Shown: positions 58,212 through 61,879 of the stretch, in pieces
Position numbering within the stretch: position 1 is the first letter of the stretch
Layout of the letters: the number at the start of each line of letters is the position of its first letter
DNA from: Bacteroidota bacterium
GTDB lineage: Bacteria; Bacteroidota; Bacteroidia; AKYH767-A; JAHEYN01
Length of the DNA stretch: 61,879 bases
NCBI GenBank assembly: GCA_947448795.1
Contig: CANFOZ010000005.1
Span: 1-61,879 of the forward strand
Direction of reading: 5' to 3'
Made by a program: the position numbers and the translations under genes
Notes under the pieces: generated by a model
Databases searched by the model: none
The model's input: only the letters and a program-made list of their open reading frames with translations
Told to the model about the DNA's origin: nothing

Positions 58212-59393
58212 ATGAAGTTCAAAATCTCGCTCTTATTGCTGCTTTTCATCAGCTCAATGTCCATTGCGCAAACGGTTGTGAAAACGATGAAGCGCTTGCC
58301 GGATACAGGGCAAACAATGAGCTATACAAGCACTGCTGGCGAGGACAACGACTACAGCATAAACACCCCATCCTTTATTGATCATGGAAACGGCACCATC
58401 ACCGATACCATCACGGGTTTAATGTGGATGACAATGGACGGTGGCGAGATGACCATCGAAAATGCTCGATTGTATGCAGATACCTGCACTGCATCCGGCT
58501 ATAGCGATTGGCGCTTGCCCTTGCCAATCGAATCGTATAGTATCCTGAATCATCAGGCAAACAACCCGGCCATTTTCTCAACCTACTTCACCAGTACGAC
58601 GGCGGAATACTGGTGGACTTCAGTCGTGCAATGCAACGACAGCAATAAAATATGGGCGACAAATGCCGGAGGAGGAATCGGTAATCATCCCAAAACAGAA
58701 ACCATCAGCGCCGGTGGAACAAAGCATTTTCATGCTCGCCTCGTACGCGATGTGCAAACACCATTTATCCTAACCGACCGATACACCAATCAGCAAGACG
58801 GAACGTTTCGCGATGAGCTGACCAACTTGGTTTGGCAGCAGACGGCGCTTACAGATTCTATCACCTGGGAGGATGCCTTGCATTATGCCGACACCTGTGC
58901 GTTGGCCGCACACAGCGACTGGCGTTTGCCCAATGTGAAAGAAATTCAATCCCTCAACGAAGAATCGCATTTCGGCCCATCCATCAACACAAACTACATA
59001 CAAAATGTGGGTGTTGGAAAGGTGTGGTCATCCACCTCGCTGCCGAATCAAACCGCGAAAGCCTGGTATTTAGATACACAATACGGCATCACCACGTATC
59101 AAAACAAGATTAACAAATTAAAGGTTTTGTTGGTGAGAGGACCTGAACAACCCGCTATTCCTAGTGCTGTGCACCCTGAATTTGAGAAGCCGGCTGATCA
59201 TGCGTTTCCGAATCCATTTCACAACACCATTCATCTTTTAGGTGACAAAGAGCAGAACGCTGTATTGTTCACTATCTTGGGTGAATGTGTATATGCAGGG
59301 AAAGACATTGCCGCACAGGATTTTTCCAAATTACCGGCAGGTGTGTATATCTTAAAGACGCCGATGTACACCGAGAAGTTAATCAAGCAATAA
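58212..59393 (+). CDS. Tandem DUF1566 (Lcl C-terminal, C-type-lectin-fold) protein with T9SS CTD
   Basis: LPDTGQT; two DxxTxLxW...WRLP...WxS repeats; FPNPF...GVY...KLIKQ. Confidence 0.85.
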   Translation: MKFKISLLLLLFISSMSIAQTVVKTMKRLPDTGQTMSYTSTAGEDNDYSINTPSFIDHGNGTITDTITGLMWMTMDGGEMTIENARLYADTCTASGYSDWRLPLPIESYSILNHQANNPAIFSTYFTSTTAEYWWTSVVQCNDSNKIWATNAGGGIGNHPKTETISAGGTKHFHARLVRDVQTPFILTDRYTNQQDGTFRDELTNLVWQQTALTDSITWEDALHYADTCALAAHSDWRLPNVKEIQSLNEESHFGPSINTNYIQNVGVGKVWSSTSLPNQTAKAWYLDTQYGITTYQNKINKLKVLLVRGPEQPAIPSAVHPEFEKPADHAFPNPFHNTIHLLGDKEQNAVLFTILGECVYAGKDIAAQDFSKLPAGVYILKTPMYTEKLIKQ

Positions 59394-59400
59394 GGCTTTC

Positions 59401-59967
59401 ATGAACACGGGGTCGCTTATTTGGCAGTATCTGCAGATCGGCTTCACGCATGTCTTGCCGCTCGGTTTCGATCATCTTTTATTTATCCTCACCTTGTTTT
59501 TCATGCCGGGCGGCTTCCGGTCGATACTGCTTGCCTGCACCATTTTTACATTGGCACATTCCCTATCGTTAGCCCTTGCAGCAAGCGGTTTGGTGCTGCC
59601 TCAAGCCAACCTCATTGAACCCTTTATCGCCTTGTCAATTGTTATTTCTGCTTTAGGCAATATCGTAAGCAAGGAAGAGGGCAGATGGAGGTACCCGCTC
59701 GTTGGACTCTTCGGACTTATTCACGGCTTGGGTTTTGCTTCAGCGCTTAAAGACGCTGGCCTGCCATCCAAAGGATTTTTTACCGCATTGATATCATTTA
59801 ATGTCGGTGTGGAGCTCGCGCAAATTAGCGTGCTTTTAATCGCTTACGTTTTGGTAACGATACCTTTCGGCGCTAAAACATGGTATAAAACGCGATTAGC
59901 GTATCCCTCCTGCGCAATTATCGCCGCGGTAGGCATGTATTGGCTAATAGAGCGATCAATCGTTTAA
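59401..59967 (+). CDS. HupE/UreJ-family membrane protein (putative Ni/Co permease)
   Basis: GFTHVLPLGFDHLLF, FTLAHSLSL, FGLIHGLGFA and FNVGVELAQ motifs. Confidence 0.88.
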   Translation: MNTGSLIWQYLQIGFTHVLPLGFDHLLFILTLFFMPGGFRSILLACTIFTLAHSLSLALAASGLVLPQANLIEPFIALSIVISALGNIVSKEEGRWRYPLVGLFGLIHGLGFASALKDAGLPSKGFFTALISFNVGVELAQISVLLIAYVLVTIPFGAKTWYKTRLAYPSCAIIAAVGMYWLIERSIV

Positions 59968-59976
59968 AAGCAAGAT

Positions 59977-61551
59977 TTATTGCTTGATCAGTTTTTGAGT
60001 TTGGCCTCCGCTTGCTTTTAAAAAGTACACCCCACACGGAAGCGTTGAAAAATTTTGCTTTTCCAAGTCCTTGCCTTGAAAAATGGTTTGTCCCAGCGCA
60101 TTCGTTAGTCTAAAGCTAGCTGTTGGTTCAGGATTTTTAACATGTAAATACCCATTGAATGGATTCGGATAAACCAAGCTTTCTGCTTGTCTACTTATCG
60201 ATTCAATACTGACACCCGGCGTGCAAAAAACGCTGCTACCAACAAGATTACTCATTTGATTGCAGAGGTAAATGTAATTCGTCGCAGCTTCCGAGCTAAG
60301 TGTGTCTAAAAGTAAGTTAATCAGTTCTGAAGGGTCGGATGCCAAATGATAAAACTCTTCTCCGCCGTAATCGAAGCGAATGAGTTTGTAATCCATGTTC
60401 CGCATCGCCTTCCCATCCATCGAATCGGTGGTTGTTTTAAACACTTCGGTAAAAGTCCAAGGGCGAACGCTCTGGCTTTGATTCTTGATGATAGGGACAA
60501 TGCTTTTACTGTCACACGTATCGCTTGCAGGTATTTGCGATTGCCAATTGGTGTTCCCCATCAATTCTTGCGTCGTGGCGAAGATGTCTGCTAAATTGAC
60601 CAAGGCATCTGAACTTCTTCCGGGATTGACAACAGATGGACCCGCAACCACGAAGGGAACATGAACTCCATATTGGTAAAGAGATCCTTTGGCTCTAGAG
60701 GTATCCGCAATCTGTGCGGATGGTTGGGCATTCCCATTGTCACCAATGAAAATGAAATCGATACTGTCAAGAATGTTCAGTGTTTGTAAAGAGTCGAACA
60801 TGCGGCCGACTTCGTGATCGAGGGCTTCAAGATCGGCTTTGAAATACTTCTTTGGGTTGTTGTTGATGTCGCCCGCTGCTCCGCTTAAGGTCAGATCCGA
60901 ATACATACCGGCCGGCGGTAGGTGATAAGGTTCGTGCGGGGCATTGAAGGAAAGCCAAAGAAAAAAATCTTGGGTGTAATGTGCTTGAATCCATGTGATC
61001 GCGTCATTGGCCGTCTCTGTTGTGGCGTAATTGGTACAGGTGCTTACCACGCCGTCGGTTACCTTCGACCAATTGTAAAAGCTGGTCAGTGTTCCGTTGA
61101 AGTTGCCCGCATAATGGTCATACCCCATGATGTTCGGATTGTTCAGGTTTGGCAAGGCCTGTACTTGCAGATGCCATTTGCCGGTGTTCGCCGTGGCGAT
61201 GTTCGGGTTGTAATTTTTGAGCGCTTTTGGAATACTTAATTCAGACGTGCTCAATGGATTTGACCCGCCCATGCCGCCAACCACGCCGCCAACGCCAGTG
61301 CGAAAAGCGTACTTTCCCGTGAATATCGATGCTCTCGTAGAGGAGCAATACGGGTTAGACATAGCATTGTCGAAGCGAATGCCTCGTGCCGCCAAAGAGC
61401 GTAAATGCGGGATGTTCGCCGTGTCCACATGATCGGGGTAGAAGCCGCACCAATCCGTGCCCAAATCGTCAGCGATGATTAAAATGACTCGGCGTTGTGC
61501 ATGCACGCTGAGCGCAACTAGCATTAAAAAAAGAAACACTAGTTTTTTCAT
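59977..61551 (-). CDS. Sulfatase (formylglycine type) with T9SS CTD
   Basis: IIADDLG, CSSTRASIFTG, GKWHL, NAPHEP, GDNG and KGSLY motifs; YPNPF...KLIKQ CTD; start MKKLVFL. Confidence 0.9.
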   Translation of the reverse strand: MKKLVFLFLMLVALSVHAQRRVILIIADDLGTDWCGFYPDHVDTANIPHLRSLAARGIRFDNAMSNPYCSSTRASIFTGKYAFRTGVGGVVGGMGGSNPLSTSELSIPKALKNYNPNIATANTGKWHLQVQALPNLNNPNIMGYDHYAGNFNGTLTSFYNWSKVTDGVVSTCTNYATTETANDAITWIQAHYTQDFFLWLSFNAPHEPYHLPPAGMYSDLTLSGAAGDINNNPKKYFKADLEALDHEVGRMFDSLQTLNILDSIDFIFIGDNGNAQPSAQIADTSRAKGSLYQYGVHVPFVVAGPSVVNPGRSSDALVNLADIFATTQELMGNTNWQSQIPASDTCDSKSIVPIIKNQSQSVRPWTFTEVFKTTTDSMDGKAMRNMDYKLIRFDYGGEEFYHLASDPSELINLLLDTLSSEAATNYIYLCNQMSNLVGSSVFCTPGVSIESISRQAESLVYPNPFNGYLHVKNPEPTASFRLTNALGQTIFQGKDLEKQNFSTLPCGVYFLKASGGQTQKLIKQ

Positions 61552-61556
61552 ATACT

Positions 61557-61879
61557 TTAGTTTTTTCGATAAAAAATAGCGCATCCAAAAGTGTCGGTCT
61601 CGGGTTTACTGACCTTTTTACCTTGCAGCAATTCGTCTACCGCTTCGGTGATGTATGTGTGCTGGACTTTCTCGGGCTCTGCGCCATTATCATCAATGGC
61701 ACCTGCATAACGAATGATCCACTTACCCTGCTCTTTCCAAAGTACGAATGCATCCGGTGTGTGGTCAGCAGCAAAGGCTCTGCCAACATCCTGCTTGCCA
61801 TCTTGCAGATAGGGGAAGGCCCACTTTTCGTGCTCTGCCCAGGCCTTCATTTGTGCGTAATTCTCATCTTCATAAATCA
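61557..61879 (-). CDS. Redoxin/thioredoxin-like (AhpC/TSA) protein, 5'-truncated by the window edge
   Basis: Frame open to the window end; FPYLQD, HTPDAFV, YAGAIDD and FGCAI motifs. Confidence 0.82.
   Translation of the reverse strand, partial: IYEDENYAQMKAWAEHEKWAFPYLQDGKQDVGRAFAADHTPDAFVLWKEQGKWIIRYAGAIDDNGAEPEKVQHTYITEAVDELLQGKKVSKPETDTFGCAIFYRKN

Noticed and set aside
58212-59393. DUF1566 C-type-lectin-fold protein as a diversity-generating retroelement target
   Set aside because: No reverse transcriptase and no near-identical template repeat differing at adenines is visible in the window
6022-61584. ORF-track N-terminal extensions (6022, 9171, 9643, 14605, 29450, 45691, 51922, 56928, 61584)
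   Set aside because: Downstream ATGs give proper signal peptides or family N-termini, and the extensions run over promoters or neighbouring genes

Overview
Chromosomal segment of a Bacteroidota bacterium. The assignment rests on about ten T9SS-tagged cargo proteins, a PorP/SprF gene and TAnnTTTG promoters. From left to right it holds: the 3' end of a collagen-like gene; a five-gene H-NOX/PAS histidine-kinase signalling operon; a T9SS-secreted CotH kinase; an HPF-ppsA-USP stress/dormancy block; an M43 metalloprotease; core genes (ybeY, gltX, folB, an RNA methyltransferase); an N-glycan-type degradation operon (MFS-ROK-GH20-CutC-GH2-GH92) with no SusC/D pair; an AT-richer patch with an orphan secretin plus lipoprotein next to a tRNA-Cys whose 3' end is triplicated around a hairpin-rich spacer; a type-B T9SS adhesin with its PorP/SprF partner; and a ~10 kb cluster of uncharacterised T9SS cargo (two metallophosphoesterases, an SHD1-TM-YHYH protein, a DUF1566 protein, a sulfatase) with a HupE/UreJ metal permease and a redoxin. 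The best candidates for undescribed systems are the YHYH/phosphoesterase/HupE cluster and the two-gene secretin-lipoprotein module. All family calls come from motif recognition by eye; no database searches were run.
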